Of a DNA stretch of 64,000 nt, positions 34,312 through 42,827 are shown in pieces. Below the pieces are notes generated by a model. The model was not told where the DNA came from and did no database searches. It saw nothing but the letters and a program-made list of their open reading frames with translations. Position 1 is the first letter of the stretch, and every line of letters begins with the position of its first letter. Made by a program: the position numbers and the translations under genes. Source of the DNA: Candidatus Margulisiibacteriota bacterium (GTDB lineage: Bacteria; Margulisbacteria; Termititenacia; CAZZFK01); NCBI GenBank assembly GCA_042562495.1, contig JBHPMC010000004.1:405-64404 (forward strand), read 5' to 3'.

Positions 34312-35073
34312 TTAAAGCTCTTCTTCTTTAAAAAGATCTGCGAATTCTTTTATCTTATCATCAGGCTTTTCCTGCTTTTTCGCACAGCTCAAGCGGCCAT
34401 CACGATAGCATTCTTTTTCATACTGTATACAGCATTTCAAACGCCCACATACTCCGGATAATTTTGGGATATTGATAGCTAAGCCCTGCTCTTTGGCCAT
34501 TTTAATTGTGATCGGCTTGGATTTGTGCAACCAGCTGGCACAGCATAGCGTACGCCCACATTCACCCAGGCCACCCATGATCTTTGCCTCACCCCGCATA
34601 CCTACTTGCCTGATCTCCACTTTGTACTTTAATTCTTTATTGAGATCCTGAATAAGTGGCCGCAGATTGATCACATGCTTTTTGCGCCTATCACCTTCTT
34701 CGGTGCGATAGTGAAAAAACACTTTGTGCCCGTCGAACAATACTTCAACACCAACCAATTTTATAGGCAATTTATATTTTTCTATTTTATGATTAAATAT
34801 CCTGATCAATTCTTCTTCTTTATTATCTAATTCAGCCATTTTTTGCAGATCCTCTTGGCTAGCTATGCGTTTTACTTTGTTGATAATGACCTCAAAAGCA
34901 TGTTTTTTCTCGGCGCCAGGACAAAGCACTATAACTTTTCCGCACTCAAATCCTCGATTTGTATCGACAACGAGATAATCATCTATTTTAAACGGGATTT
35001 TTCCCTCCAACTCAGGCAAGGGAGCGATCCTTTCAAATTTTCTTAATCTCAGTGCAAAGCTTTTCCTGGTCAT
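34312..35073 (-). CDS. PSP1-domain protein (YaaT/RicT-like)
   Basis: 253 aa. Contains a Cys-rich PSP1 C-terminal region (GECGRTLCCASWL...GVCGRLKCCIQYE). It follows holB, as in the Firmicute tmk-holB-yaaT synteny. Confidence 0.8.
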   Translation of the reverse strand: MTRKSFALRLRKFERIAPLPELEGKIPFKIDDYLVVDTNRGFECGKVIVLCPGAEKKHAFEVIINKVKRIASQEDLQKMAELDNKEEELIRIFNHKIEKYKLPIKLVGVEVLFDGHKVFFHYRTEEGDRRKKHVINLRPLIQDLNKELKYKVEIRQVGMRGEAKIMGGLGECGRTLCCASWLHKSKPITIKMAKEQGLAINIPKLSGVCGRLKCCIQYEKECYRDGRLSCAKKQEKPDDKIKEFADLFKEEEL

Positions 35074-35137
35074 CTTTATGATTATTCCTTTTTGTCAGTA
35101 GTTACTACAACTTACCATAAATCTTTAGGATATTGAA

Positions 35138-36022
35138 TCAGGATGCTTGTAGCTGACCCTTGCGTATCAAAAATGCCTCGAGCAGTAATTTTACATTAAC
35201 ATTATACCGCAAAGCGGACATGGTCTTTAAGATCAGCTTGCACACATCTTGTTTTTTTTCTCTGAACATTTTATTTAAAAATAAGTTGAGTATCTGCGCC
35301 AATTCTTCTTTATGCCCATGCATTATCCTAGCCATTTCCATACAACTAAAAACACTCCTGAAATCTTTTTTCTCTAGATCCTCTAATATATTTTTTATTT
35401 CTGTATTTTTTAATAAAAGTGCATCTCCCAAGACCCCCTGAGCTTCTTGGGCAGCAACAATTGCTTCTTCTTTTGTATAATTATAATTTGTACTTAAAAT
35501 ATTCTGCACAGCAGCAACAGGCAAGGCCTGGAAAGCTATGTTTTGACAACGCGATCTTATGGTCGACAAAAGGCTTGTTGGATTCGACGAGATCATGATC
35601 ATTATCACCTGCGGTACGGGCTCTTCCAATAATTTAAGGAAACTATTCGCTGCTTCTTTTGATAATTTTTCTGCAGGATCTATGATGATTATCTTCCACT
35701 TTGCTTCACTTGGCCCATAATGCATGGCTCTTTTCAGCTCTCTGATCTGTTCGATCTTTATCTTTTTGCCATCGGTTGTGATCTCGATCAGATCAGGATG
35801 AGCACTATTTTTGATTTTTCGGCAGGAAACACATTTTTCACAAGCTTCACCATTTTTTTTAGGCTCTAAGCAATTTAGATCCTTAGCCCAAGCTAAAGCT
35901 GCGGTGTGTTTGCCCACAGCCGGCGGGCCAGAGAACAAATAGGCATGAGCTATTCTCCCGGAACGCTTTATCCCGCTAAGAAATTCTACGATCTTTTTTT
36001 GACCTTGGATATCAGATAACAT
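35138..36022 (-). CDS. holB: DNA polymerase III delta-prime subunit
   Basis: 294 aa. Contains AHAYLFSGPPAVGKHT, a Cys cluster (CEKCVSCRKI) and SRCQ. Confidence 0.85.
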   Translation of the reverse strand: MLSDIQGQKKIVEFLSGIKRSGRIAHAYLFSGPPAVGKHTAALAWAKDLNCLEPKKNGEACEKCVSCRKIKNSAHPDLIEITTDGKKIKIEQIRELKRAMHYGPSEAKWKIIIIDPAEKLSKEAANSFLKLLEEPVPQVIMIMISSNPTSLLSTIRSRCQNIAFQALPVAAVQNILSTNYNYTKEEAIVAAQEAQGVLGDALLLKNTEIKNILEDLEKKDFRSVFSCMEMARIMHGHKEELAQILNLFLNKMFREKKQDVCKLILKTMSALRYNVNVKLLLEAFLIRKGQLQAS

Positions 36023-36650
36023 GTTTTATTAGTATTGGCTCAATAAGTTCTAGAACTTTTTTGTGCAGATCTTCTATTGTATCCAAGCCGTTCAAGGTCT
36101 TGATCCTGGATTCTTTTTTAGCTAGCTCTTTATATTTATCTCTCACCCGTTCATGAAAATTAACAAACTCTTTTTCAAATCGATCGCTTCCTTTTTTGGT
36201 AGCCCTCTTTAAGCCTTCGGCCACAGGGATATCCAATAAGATCGTCAATTCCGGCAAAAGGCCTTCTGCCGAGATTTGATTGATCTCCTGGATAAGCTTC
36301 AAAGGCAATTGCCTGCCGCCAATTTGATAAGCCGTAGTGGAATCAACATAACGATCACAGATCACTATTTTATTCTGTGCTAACGCTGGCTTTGCTTTTT
36401 CCTCCAGATGCTGGACTCTATCGGCAGCAAATAAGAGCACCTCGGTTTGATGTACCAAAGATACATTTGCTGGATTTAGCAGTATACCTCTGATCTGTTG
36501 GCCGACAGCAGTGCCTCCAGGCTCCCTGGTCGCCACTACTTCATAACCTTTTTCAATTAAAGCTTGGGTTAGTTTGTAGACCTGGGTGGACTTACCGCAA
36601 CCTTCAGGGCCTTCAAAAGTTATAAATATACCTTTGCTAAGCTTGGCCAT
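36012..36650 (-). CDS. tmk: Thymidylate kinase
   Basis: 212 aa. Contains FITFEGPEGCGKSTQ, the P-loop typical of Tmk, and the DRY motif. Confidence 0.9.
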   Translation of the reverse strand: MAKLSKGIFITFEGPEGCGKSTQVYKLTQALIEKGYEVVATREPGGTAVGQQIRGILLNPANVSLVHQTEVLLFAADRVQHLEEKAKPALAQNKIVICDRYVDSTTAYQIGGRQLPLKLIQEINQISAEGLLPELTILLDIPVAEGLKRATKKGSDRFEKEFVNFHERVRDKYKELAKKESRIKTLNGLDTIEDLHKKVLELIEPILIKHVI

Positions 36651-36654
36651 GATC

Positions 36655-38193
36655 TTATTTTAAAGGATAAACACGTACTCGACGATTGGGCTCTTCCCCG
36701 ATACTCTCTGCGCGATAGCCTTTGCGCTCGACTACCTGATGCTGTAATCTGCGGATATATGCTGAGGAAGGGGCTGCTTCGGCAGGTTTGTTGGTACGTT
36801 CTACCTGGGCAATCACATCCTCGATCTCTTTTATCGCTAGCTCTAAACGCTCTTCATCATCACTGTAGAGCTTGAAGATATATCTTAGAAAACGATTTAC
36901 CTGAGATGATGAATCGCTCTTTATGACATGCAGGGGTATTTTCCGGCCATGCAAAGCCTTTGTGATCTTAGAACTAGGCTTGGCTTGGGCTCTTACTGTT
37001 AAGACCATATCTGCTTCATCCAGGTCCATTGTCACTTGAGCTTTAACATCTAAAACGCGAATAGCTCTTTCTAAACGATTGCGATTCACTGCAAAAGGAT
37101 AAATAGCCAGCTTGGTCTCTATCTTCTTTTGATCTTCCACGCCAAAAAGCGGCATCGGAAAATCTTCCTGGCTTGCTTCTTGTACTACCCGGATAGAACC
37201 ATCCGGATCTGATTTTCTGATCTCCGGCTGAGGCAATTTATCTCTTAGGATATTATCAACTACCGTGGCAATATCATGATATATCGCCAAAGCATTGCGT
37301 TCATGTATCTCCACCAAGACTTCAAATGTGGGCGGAGCTTTACGTTCTAAGATAGCTTTTTGAGTATTGCGCCTTTTAGCTTCTTCATCCCCCAGAATGA
37401 CCGATTGGATACCACCCACTAGATCGGATAAAGTAGGATTCTTGATCAGATTTTTAATACTGTTCCCATGTGCCGTGCCTACCAATTGTACACCGCGCTC
37501 AGCGATCGTCCTTGCCGCCAAGGCTTCTGCCTCTGTTCCGATCTCATCCACAATGATCACTTCCGGCATATGATTCTCAACGGCTTCGATCATGACCGCA
37601 TGCTGACGATCAGGAGAAGATACTTGCATCCTACGTGCTAAACCAATCCCTGGATGAGGGATATCGCCATCTCCGGCTATTTCATTTGAAGTATCAATTA
37701 CGATAACTCTTTTTTTGTATTCTGTGCTTAAGATCCTGGCGATCTCTCGAAGCTTTGTTGTCTTCCCGACACCAGGCCCTCCCAGAACTAATAAATTTTT
37801 TCCGCTTTTTACAATATCCCCGATAATATCGACCGTGCCATAGACAGCTCTGCCGACACGACAGGTCAATCCGATTATTTTGCCCGCCCGATTACGCATT
37901 GCTGATATCCGATGCAATGTCCGCTCAATGCCTGCGCGATTATCCGAAGTAAATGCCCCAACTTTACTGACAACATAATCCAGATCTTCTTGGGTTACAT
38001 CTTGATCTTTAACATAAACAATACTATTTTCATTGAAACGAAATTCAGGGAATCGACCAAGATCCAGAACGATCTCGGTTAAGACTTTTTTATCAGAATG
38101 TTTATTCAGCTTTTCTTTTAAGCGTGGAGGCAAAAGGTCAATTAATTGATCTAGATTATCTGTGATTTTATTGATCGGCTTTGCGGCTAGCAA
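36655..38193 (-). CDS. AAA+ ATPase with a C-terminal R3H-like domain (Ycf45/SpoIIIAA-like)
   Basis: 512 aa. Contains Walker A GGPGVGKTT and Walker B IIVDEIGT. The C-terminus ESIGEEPNRRVRVYP is R3H/Jag-like. A TTG start is inferred. Confidence 0.7.
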   Translation of the reverse strand: MLAAKPINKITDNLDQLIDLLPPRLKEKLNKHSDKKVLTEIVLDLGRFPEFRFNENSIVYVKDQDVTQEDLDYVVSKVGAFTSDNRAGIERTLHRISAMRNRAGKIIGLTCRVGRAVYGTVDIIGDIVKSGKNLLVLGGPGVGKTTKLREIARILSTEYKKRVIVIDTSNEIAGDGDIPHPGIGLARRMQVSSPDRQHAVMIEAVENHMPEVIIVDEIGTEAEALAARTIAERGVQLVGTAHGNSIKNLIKNPTLSDLVGGIQSVILGDEEAKRRNTQKAILERKAPPTFEVLVEIHERNALAIYHDIATVVDNILRDKLPQPEIRKSDPDGSIRVVQEASQEDFPMPLFGVEDQKKIETKLAIYPFAVNRNRLERAIRVLDVKAQVTMDLDEADMVLTVRAQAKPSSKITKALHGRKIPLHVIKSDSSSQVNRFLRYIFKLYSDDEERLELAIKEIEDVIAQVERTNKPAEAAPSSAYIRRLQHQVVERKGYRAESIGEEPNRRVRVYPLK

Positions 38194-38233
38194 CTTTGCT
38201 CTATTCCCCTTTTATAGGAGCTTTGATGAATTT

Positions 38234-38551
38234 TTATGCTTCAGCCTTAGGCGGCGGCAATTTTTGCTCAGAGGATCTTCCCTTGACCGCATCTTTTAAA
38301 GCTTTGCCTGCTAAAAATGAAGGCGATTTCGTCTCTGCAATATGGATACGATCGCCAGTCTGTGGATTACGACCTTCACGAGCAGCACGTTTTCTTACTT
38401 CAAATACTCCAAATCCAACCAAACGCACTTTCTCTCCGGCTACTAAAGCATCCGTGATCTTTTCCAGCATTAATTCAATAATATCCAGGATCTCACTCTT
38501 TGATTTACCTGTTTTCTCGGAAATAATGTTCACTAATTCTTTTTTATTCAT
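38234..38551 (-). CDS. hup: HU/IHF-family DNA-binding protein with a short C-terminal extension
   Basis: MNKKELVNIISEKTG...GFGVFEVRKRAAREGRNPQTGDRIHI matches the HU signature. An extra Pro/Ala-rich tail reads SSEQKLPPPKAEA. Confidence 0.9.
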   Translation of the reverse strand: MNKKELVNIISEKTGKSKSEILDIIELMLEKITDALVAGEKVRLVGFGVFEVRKRAAREGRNPQTGDRIHIAETKSPSFLAGKALKDAVKGRSSEQKLPPPKAEA

Positions 38552-38615
38552 AATAGTACCTCCAGTTTTGCTTTTGTATTATACCTTAAAATAAAAAATT
38601 AAACACTCGATTTTT

Positions 38616-38645
38616 ATTATAACAGTCGCTTTTTTTGTAAGTCAA
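38616..38645 (-). promoter_or_regulatory. Candidate promoter for hup
   Basis: On the minus strand: TTGACT (38645-38640), an 18-nt spacer, then TGTTATAAT (38624-38616). Confidence 0.55.
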
Positions 38646-38653
38646 GCCCCGAC

Positions 38654-39604
38654 CTATTTTACCGGCACCTTTTCTTTTTGATCCTCATTACAAAGCTTCT
38701 GCACTTTTCCCCAATTCTTATCAACTTCTTGTTGTAGCTCCTCAATAAGCTTTTCGTTGCCCGGGCGAAAAAGATGCTTAAAGCGTCCCTGTAATTTCAG
38801 CCATTCTACAAATTGTTTCTTTTCCTTTGGCTTATAATTAAGCTTGAATTTACCATTCTCATATTCATACAAAGGCCAATAACAGGTATCCGCTGCTAAT
38901 TGTGACATTTTTACAGTATCTTTTGGATCGGTAGCCCAGCCTAGCGGACAGGGAGCTAAAATGTTGATAAATTTCGGTCCCTTTATTGAAAGTGCTTTTT
39001 CGATCTTCATGGTCAGATCACGCCAATTGCCGGCAATTGTTTGCGCAGCATAGGGAATATGATGAGCTATCAAGATCTGGGTCAGATCTTTGCGCCATTG
39101 TTTTTTCCCGGCACTAACCTTTCCAGCAGGAGCTGTTGTGGTGGATGCATACTTAGGCGTTGCTCCGGAACGCTGGATACCGGTATTCATATAGGCACCA
39201 TTGTCGTAACAAATATAAAGCATATCATGCCCACGTTCCATTGCGCCTGATAAAGATTGAAAACCAATATCATAAGTACCGCCATCGCCGCCAAAAGCAA
39301 TAAAATTCATTTTCTTCTCTTTAAGCTTACCCTGCTTAACCATTGAATAATAAGCGGCCTCTACACCACTGATTGTTGCCGCAGAATTTTCAAAAGCATT
39401 ATGGATAAATGGTATCTTCCAGGATGAAAACGGGAATATCGTAGTGTTTACTTCGCAACAACCAGTTGCACCACCAATTACCGTATCCTTGCCGGCTACT
39501 GCTAGTAATAATCTAAAGATCGCTGGATAACCGCATCCTGCACAGCTGGTATGACCCGCTGCAAATAACTCTTCTTTTCCAGCTAATTCTTTTATTGTTG
39601 CCAT
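38654..39604 (-). CDS. porB: Pyruvate/2-oxoacid:ferredoxin oxidoreductase, beta subunit (TPP-binding)
   Basis: 316 aa. Contains CAGCGYP and GGDGGTYDIG TPP motifs. It is the last gene of a G-D-A-B order operon. Confidence 0.85.
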   Translation of the reverse strand: MATIKELAGKEELFAAGHTSCAGCGYPAIFRLLLAVAGKDTVIGGATGCCEVNTTIFPFSSWKIPFIHNAFENSAATISGVEAAYYSMVKQGKLKEKKMNFIAFGGDGGTYDIGFQSLSGAMERGHDMLYICYDNGAYMNTGIQRSGATPKYASTTTAPAGKVSAGKKQWRKDLTQILIAHHIPYAAQTIAGNWRDLTMKIEKALSIKGPKFINILAPCPLGWATDPKDTVKMSQLAADTCYWPLYEYENGKFKLNYKPKEKKQFVEWLKLQGRFKHLFRPGNEKLIEELQQEVDKNWGKVQKLCNEDQKEKVPVK

Positions 39605-39617
39605 TTTCTGCTCCTCC

Positions 39618-40820
39618 TTATTTCCTTAAACCTAAGTAATTCACAATATTAGTTGGTTTCTCGCCTTTGCTCATCTTCTGTAATTGCTCATAAACTGAAC
39701 GCAACATATGCAGATCGATATCTCTGCCACCCAAGCCATAAACATAATTAATAGTATTGATCAGGATGCCCGCACTGTATAAAGCTGCAGTAACTTCTGT
39801 ATAAACAGGGCTTGGTTGAGCGCTATAAGAATCAGCTCTATCCATGATCGCTAAAGCTTTGATGCCTTTCAAGGCTTCAACCAATTCTTCTCCAGGAAAA
39901 GGACGAAAAACCCTAAGCTTCAGTACTCCGGCCTTAATTCCTTTGGACCGTAATTCATCAACCACTACTTTTGCCGTCCCGGCAGTGGAGCCTAACGCAA
40001 TTATCGCTACTTCAGCATCATTTAATTTATATTCTTCAAAAAAGCCGTATTCCCTGCCATATTTTTTACCAAATTCCTGACCTGCCTCTAAGATCACTTT
40101 TTTTGCTTTACGCATAGCTTCAGCAACCGGGAATTTATGTTCAAAGAAATAATTTTGCAGATCTATCGAGCCAACGGTAACCGGATGATCAGTATCCAAG
40201 AGAGGATTGCGAGGCTGGTAGTTACCTACATATTTTTTTACTTCGACATCTTCCAGCATATCGATCCCTTCCATAAGATGACTGATCACGAATCCATCTG
40301 TTGTCACTAATGATGGCAACAAAACGTCCGGATGTTCGGAGATCTTTACTGCTTGCAAGACATTATCATAAGCTTCCTGAGCATTCTCAGAAAAGATCTG
40401 TATCCAGCCAGCATCGCGTACGAACATAGTATCAGAATGATCACAATGGATATTTATCGGCCCAGAAATTGCACGGTTCACTTCAGGCATTACAATCGGC
40501 AAACGCAGTGCGGATGCGATAGGGAGGATCTCCGCCATCAATATCAAGCCTTGAGAGGAAGTAGCGGTCATTGCTCGGGAACCAGCAGATGATGCTCCTA
40601 CGGTAGCGCTCAGCGCACTGTGCTCTGATTCTACGGTCACCATATCTGTATTTACTTTTCCGTCAGCTACGAATTGCGCAAAGATCTGTGCTATTTCGGT
40701 CGCCGGAGTTATCGGATAAGCAGCGACCACATCTGGGTTTATCTGACGCATGGCTTCCGCCATTGCTTCATTACCCGTACGGGCTACTCTTTCCATTTTA
40801 ATTTTTGTTTTGGTAGACAT
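39618..40820 (-). CDS. porA: Pyruvate/2-oxoacid:ferredoxin oxidoreductase, alpha subunit
   Basis: 400 aa. Contains GNEAMAEAMRQINPDVVAAYPITPATEI, typical of PorA/VorA. Confidence 0.85.
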   Translation of the reverse strand: MSTKTKIKMERVARTGNEAMAEAMRQINPDVVAAYPITPATEIAQIFAQFVADGKVNTDMVTVESEHSALSATVGASSAGSRAMTATSSQGLILMAEILPIASALRLPIVMPEVNRAISGPINIHCDHSDTMFVRDAGWIQIFSENAQEAYDNVLQAVKISEHPDVLLPSLVTTDGFVISHLMEGIDMLEDVEVKKYVGNYQPRNPLLDTDHPVTVGSIDLQNYFFEHKFPVAEAMRKAKKVILEAGQEFGKKYGREYGFFEEYKLNDAEVAIIALGSTAGTAKVVVDELRSKGIKAGVLKLRVFRPFPGEELVEALKGIKALAIMDRADSYSAQPSPVYTEVTAALYSAGILINTINYVYGLGGRDIDLHMLRSVYEQLQKMSKGEKPTNIVNYLGLRK

Positions 40821-41128
40821 TATTCCTCTCCTTCTTCACGAGCAGGTACCATATCGATACATTTTGTCGGACAAACCTCGGCACAGATCCCGCAGCCTTT
40901 ACAATGCTCCAGATCAAATCCTGCTTGTTTGCCGTCTTTAACGATAATTGAAGTGTCGGGACAATAAGCCCAACAGAACATACAGTGAATACATTTCTTA
41001 TCGTTGAATTTAGGTTTGAGCACTTTCCAATCGCCTGTCTTACGGTGAACTGAAGAGCCAGGTTCACCCCAGATCGCTCCATGCGGTAATTCTTTAACTC
41101 CTAAAAGTTTTTTATATTTATCGGTCAT
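40820..41128 (-). CDS. porD: Pyruvate:ferredoxin oxidoreductase delta subunit (2x[4Fe-4S] ferredoxin-like)
   Basis: 102 aa. Contains two Cys clusters, CIHCMFCWAYCP and CKGCGICAEVCP. Confidence 0.85.
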   Translation of the reverse strand: MTDKYKKLLGVKELPHGAIWGEPGSSVHRKTGDWKVLKPKFNDKKCIHCMFCWAYCPDTSIIVKDGKQAGFDLEHCKGCGICAEVCPTKCIDMVPAREEGEE

Positions 41129-41703
41129 TATTCGGATACCTCCTCATAGGCTTGCTTTATAGCATGTATATTGCCTTCTACAACTTCTGGCTTGTGGGCA
41201 AACTTTTTCTTTAATTTCTCGGAAGTATCGGCCAGCATATTCTTGAAATCCATTATATTCGTTGCCTTGATCAAGGCCCCCAGCATCGGTGTATTAGGTT
41301 TGTTCATACCGATATTTTCCATAGCGATCTTGGAAGCATTTACAACAAAGACCTTGCCTTTGAATTTCAATTGTTCTTTATATTCTTTAGCTTTTTTCTT
41401 TGTATTAATTATGATCACTCCATCATCTGGCACACCTTCTGTAACATTGACGCTGTTACATAAGGTCTCGTCTAAGACCAATATGATTGAAGGATGTTCT
41501 ACGGCACAATGAATTGTGATCTTTTCATCAGAAATTCTATTGAAAGAACGAACCGGAGCACCCATGCGTTCCGGGCCATATTCGGGAAAGGCCTGCACGT
41601 TCTTGCCGGTAGCTAAAGCTGCATCTGCGACTAAAAGTGCCGCTGTTTTTGCCCCTTGCCCTCCTCGGCCATGCCAACGTATTTCCATCATATTCTTTGC
41701 CAT
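41128..41703 (-). CDS. porG: Pyruvate:ferredoxin oxidoreductase gamma subunit
   Basis: 191 aa. The opening IRWHGRGGQGAKTAALL is typical of PorG. Confidence 0.85.
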   Translation of the reverse strand: MAKNMMEIRWHGRGGQGAKTAALLVADAALATGKNVQAFPEYGPERMGAPVRSFNRISDEKITIHCAVEHPSIILVLDETLCNSVNVTEGVPDDGVIIINTKKKAKEYKEQLKFKGKVFVVNASKIAMENIGMNKPNTPMLGALIKATNIMDFKNMLADTSEKLKKKFAHKPEVVEGNIHAIKQAYEEVSE

Positions 41704-41782
41704 CTTTCTGCTCCCCTTTTATTTTGTTTTAAGTTCTAATTTATAAGCTATTTATTAAAAACTTACAACTTAGAACCCAACA

Positions 41783-42391
41783 CTATAGCTCTACGCGACC
41801 TTCATAAGACTTGGTCAAAGTGACCTCATCAGCATAGTCGATATTACTTCCTACGGGAAGACCATAGGCTATCCTGGTCATTTTAACTCCTAAGGGCTTG
41901 ATCAATTTACTTAAATAGATCGCCGTTGCTTCACCTTCAACTGTTGGATTTATCGCTAAGATCAATTCTTTCATTTGTTCTTTTTCTATCCGCTTTAATA
42001 ACTCTTTGATCCTTAATGTTTCGGGAGTAATCCCTTCCAAGGGAGAAATTAAGCCACCCAGAACATGGTAGACACCCTTAAATTCCCTGGTCTTTTCAAT
42101 AGCGATAATATCTCGAGGCTCAGAGACCACACAGATCTGCTGATGATCACGAGCCTGGTCATTACAAATTACACAAGGATCTTGCACAGTAATATTGTGG
42201 CAAATTGAACAATGTTTTATTTTTGCCTTCGCATTTGTGATCGCCGAGGTAAGCGCAGTAACTTCACCATCTGCTAAGGCTAAAATATAGAAAGCCAAGC
42301 GTTGTGCGGATTTCGGACCGATGCTAGGCATCTTCTGAAATTCATTGATCAATTCATTCATTGGGTCCACTGAGGACTCACGCCTGATCAC
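41783..42391 (-). CDS. recR: Recombination protein RecR
   Basis: Contains the HhH motif MPSIGPKSAQRLAFY, a C4 zinc finger (CSICHNIT...CVICND) and a Toprim domain. The start may be the internal ATG at 42361 (MNELINEF...). Confidence 0.9.
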   Translation of the reverse strand: MIRRESSVDPMNELINEFQKMPSIGPKSAQRLAFYILALADGEVTALTSAITNAKAKIKHCSICHNITVQDPCVICNDQARDHQQICVVSEPRDIIAIEKTREFKGVYHVLGGLISPLEGITPETLRIKELLKRIEKEQMKELILAINPTVEGEATAIYLSKLIKPLGVKMTRIAYGLPVGSNIDYADEVTLTKSYEGRVEL

Positions 42392-42406
42392 AAAATAATC
42401 CTAACC

Positions 42407-42721
42407 TTAAGAAATACCGGGAAGCTTAGCTCCACCAGTTACTTTACCTAATTTATCAGCTGCTGTATCTTTTGCCATCTTCAATGATTTTTGCACTGCA
42501 TCAAATGTGTTTTTCTCTATCTTTTTTACATCATTTGAAGTGATCAATTGAGGATCTATCTTTATTGATTTGAGTTCCATTTTCCCGGACATTTCTACTT
42601 CTACTGTATTATCTTGCGAGGAGCCTTTTAAGATAAGATTCTTCAGCTCTTTTTCAACATCTTTCATCTTGCTCTTCATTTCATTAACTTGCTTCATCAT
42701 TTTGCCTATATCGCCTAGCAT
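42407..42721 (-). CDS. ybaB: Nucleoid-associated protein YbaB/EbfC
   Basis: 104 aa with YbaB-like length and heptad pattern. It occupies the conserved dnaX-ybaB-recR position. Confidence 0.8.
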   Translation of the reverse strand: MLGDIGKMMKQVNEMKSKMKDVEKELKNLILKGSSQDNTVEVEMSGKMELKSIKIDPQLITSNDVKKIEKNTFDAVQKSLKMAKDTAADKLGKVTGGAKLPGIS

Positions 42722-42757
42722 GAAAATCTCCTTCTCTTTTGTGAAAAAAACAAGCGG

Positions 42758-42766
42758 ATTATAACA
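42758..42766 (-). promoter_or_regulatory. Candidate extended -10 element for ybaB-recR
   Basis: Minus strand TGTTATAAT, about 37 nt upstream of the ybaB ATG. It has the same 9-mer as the hup and rpsU candidates. Confidence 0.4.
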
Positions 42767-42827
42767 CGAATACTAGAGGCCGACTATGTACCTGCCCTTA
42801 AAATGGAAAAATCGGCAAACCAGAGGC

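Noticed and set aside
42722-42827. dnaX-ybaB spacer as a possible SRP RNA (ffs) or other ncRNA, as found near dnaX in Firmicutes
   Set aside because: It is only 106 nt, with no conserved SRP domain IV-like motif visible. It is better explained by a TGTTATAAT promoter plus an SD for ybaB.
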